From positions 22,196,001 to 22,260,000 of the forward strand of contig NC_042998.1 in NCBI RefSeq assembly GCF_006345805.1: a DNA stretch of 64,000 nucleotides, read 5' to 3'. The position numbers and the translations under genes are program-made. Under the pieces are notes generated by a model that was given only the letters and a program-made list of their open reading frames with translations, searched no databases and had not been told where the DNA came from. Of this stretch, positions 62,107 through 64,000 are shown piece after piece. This DNA is from Octopus sinensis (lineage: Eukaryota). Within the stretch, counting starts at the first letter, position 1, and every line of letters begins with the position of its first letter.

Positions 62107-63339
62107 ATCAATAAATGGTGGGGTTGTGTTGACCGCACGTGGAGAAATGATAGGCAAGGAAAAATTAAAAAGGCAGAATGCTAAATTGAAGGAAAATTTT
62201 AATGAAAATGGGTGTATGGAAAATTTTGAAAAATTAATAAAATATATATATATTAATTCAAACCGGTTTTCGTTACAATGTGACTTTATATTTATATATA
62301 TATATATATATATACATAATACAAAATGGGACAAGAACACAAAACATCCGGACAGCTAGGTGATATAAAAAGGGACAACAAAATATCTAGATAGACGATA
62401 CAAAGAAAACAAGGACGGGTCATTCGAAGCCCTTTATCCTCAGTCAAGCACCAGATTATCCTTGGAGTTCTTTTTGTATTTTGTATATATATATGGTTAG
62501 AGCATTGAGCTTGCGATCGTGAGGTTGTGAGTTTGAATCACCAATGGTAGCCCTAATACACAAATAAAGAAATTTTATCCACGAATGCAGTGTTGAGCAT
62601 GCATTCTCATCATTCAACATTTACATATATATATATTTCGTTTTGGGATTTGATTTACATAGCACTGGACAAACAAGGACAGACAAATGGATTAAGTTGA
62701 TTATATCGACTCCAGTGCATAACTGGTACTTATTTAATCGACCCCGAAAGGATAAAAGACAAAGTCGACCTTGTCGCAATTTGAACTCAGAACATAACGG
62801 CAGACGAATTACTGCTTAGCATTTCAACCGGCGTGCTAATGTTTCTGCCAGCTTGCCGCCTTAAACACTCCTTAAGCAATCTTTTGTACATTTCTGGCGT
62901 TTAATGTACCTGCACATCTGCCACTTGTAAAGACTACTTTCTCTGTCGGTCTTCCAGTGATACTGCCGAGGAGTATGATAAAATGAAGGTATGCCTTCAT
63001 AAGGGCTACAACATAAGCAATGTATTACTTGGATATATTGAGATTGCAGAATACTACAAGTACAGCATGAAGGGAAAGATGACAAAGTTGGAGAGATTCA
63101 TAAGAGACAACATAACCGAAAGAAAACATGATTAGATATACAAAAAAAAAAAAAAAAAAAGAAAGGAGTTGTGATTTGTGATACAAGGAGAGGAATGGAG
63201 TTTAATGATGTACAATGAGAGAGATTCATGTGAAGGCAAGCCAAATTGGAATCATATCATGCAAGAAGGTATGGCATTAAGAACTCTACCATTAGGTGGA
63301 AATATTGTACAACCAAAGGAATAATGAAAAGCATGACAC

Positions 63340-63644
63340 CCTGATACAATACGATATGATATATATATATATATTATATATATATATATAACACCATATG
63401 ATATCATATGTATATATATATATATATATATAGACACTATATGATATCATATGTGTATATTATATATGACACTATATGATATCATATGTGTATATATATA
63501 TATGACACTATATGATATCATATGTATATATATATATATGACACTATATGATATCATATATATATATATATGACACTATATGATATCATATATATATATA
63601 TGACACTATATGATATCATATATATATATATGACACTATATGAT

Positions 63645-63685
<41 letters not shown>

Positions 63686-63965
63686 CACTATATGATATTA
63701 TATATATATATATGACACTATATGATATCATATATATATGATACTATATGATATCATATATATATATGACACTATATGATATATATATATATATATATAT
63801 ATGACACAATATGATATATATTATATATATAATATGACACTATATGATATATATATGACACTATATGATATATATATATATGACACTATATGATATCATA
63901 TATATATATATGACACTATATCATATATATATATATGACATTATATGATATATATACATATATTA
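63340..63965. repeat. Minisatellite of gacactatatgatatcatat(at)n units, each containing a palindrome
   Basis: About 20 units; atatgatatcatat is self-complementary. Confidence 0.92.
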
Positions 63966-64000
63966 TTATATAAGATGTGATAGAATTTGCAATAAAATAT

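Noticed and set aside
1-64000. CRISPR arrays, rRNA genes or prokaryotic operons
   Set aside because: No constant repeats with unique equal-length spacers and no rRNA-like sequence. The DNA is eukaryotic with spliceosomal introns.

Overview
AT-rich, microsatellite-dense animal genomic DNA. The SINE repertoire and (TA)n/(ATT)n density point to an octopus (coleoid cephalopod), which is inference from recalled repeat families, not a database match. One spliced protein-coding gene is supported on the + strand. Six exons (6844-7067, 31553-31616, 35059-37022, 37416-37656, 40066-40209, 49732-49857) join in frame through GT-AG introns into 920 codons plus stop: PH domain, long Pro/Ser/Tyr-rich linker, then two PDZ-like domains. 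It resembles PLEKHS1 and Gab/DOS-type adaptors; the 5' coding exon(s) were not found in the window. The rest is intron/intergenic DNA with tRNA-derived SINEs, remnants of CR1, RTE and R4/Dong-like LINEs, piggyBac, mariner, pogo and hAT remnants/MITEs, and Helitron-like elements. Nearly all other ORFs in the track are microsatellite artefacts. The most notable signals are: (i) five minimal type-I hammerhead-ribozyme motifs linked to Penelope-like element (PLE) remnants, three of them a variant with an A.A opposition at the base of stem II, two of these in tandem; (ii) a recurring (TA)n-terminated fold-back architecture, including a perfect 215-bp palindrome; (iii) piggyBac-type MITE concatemers sharing the same 12-nt spacer at two loci 49 kb apart. 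Repeat boundaries are approximate; everything was read by eye.
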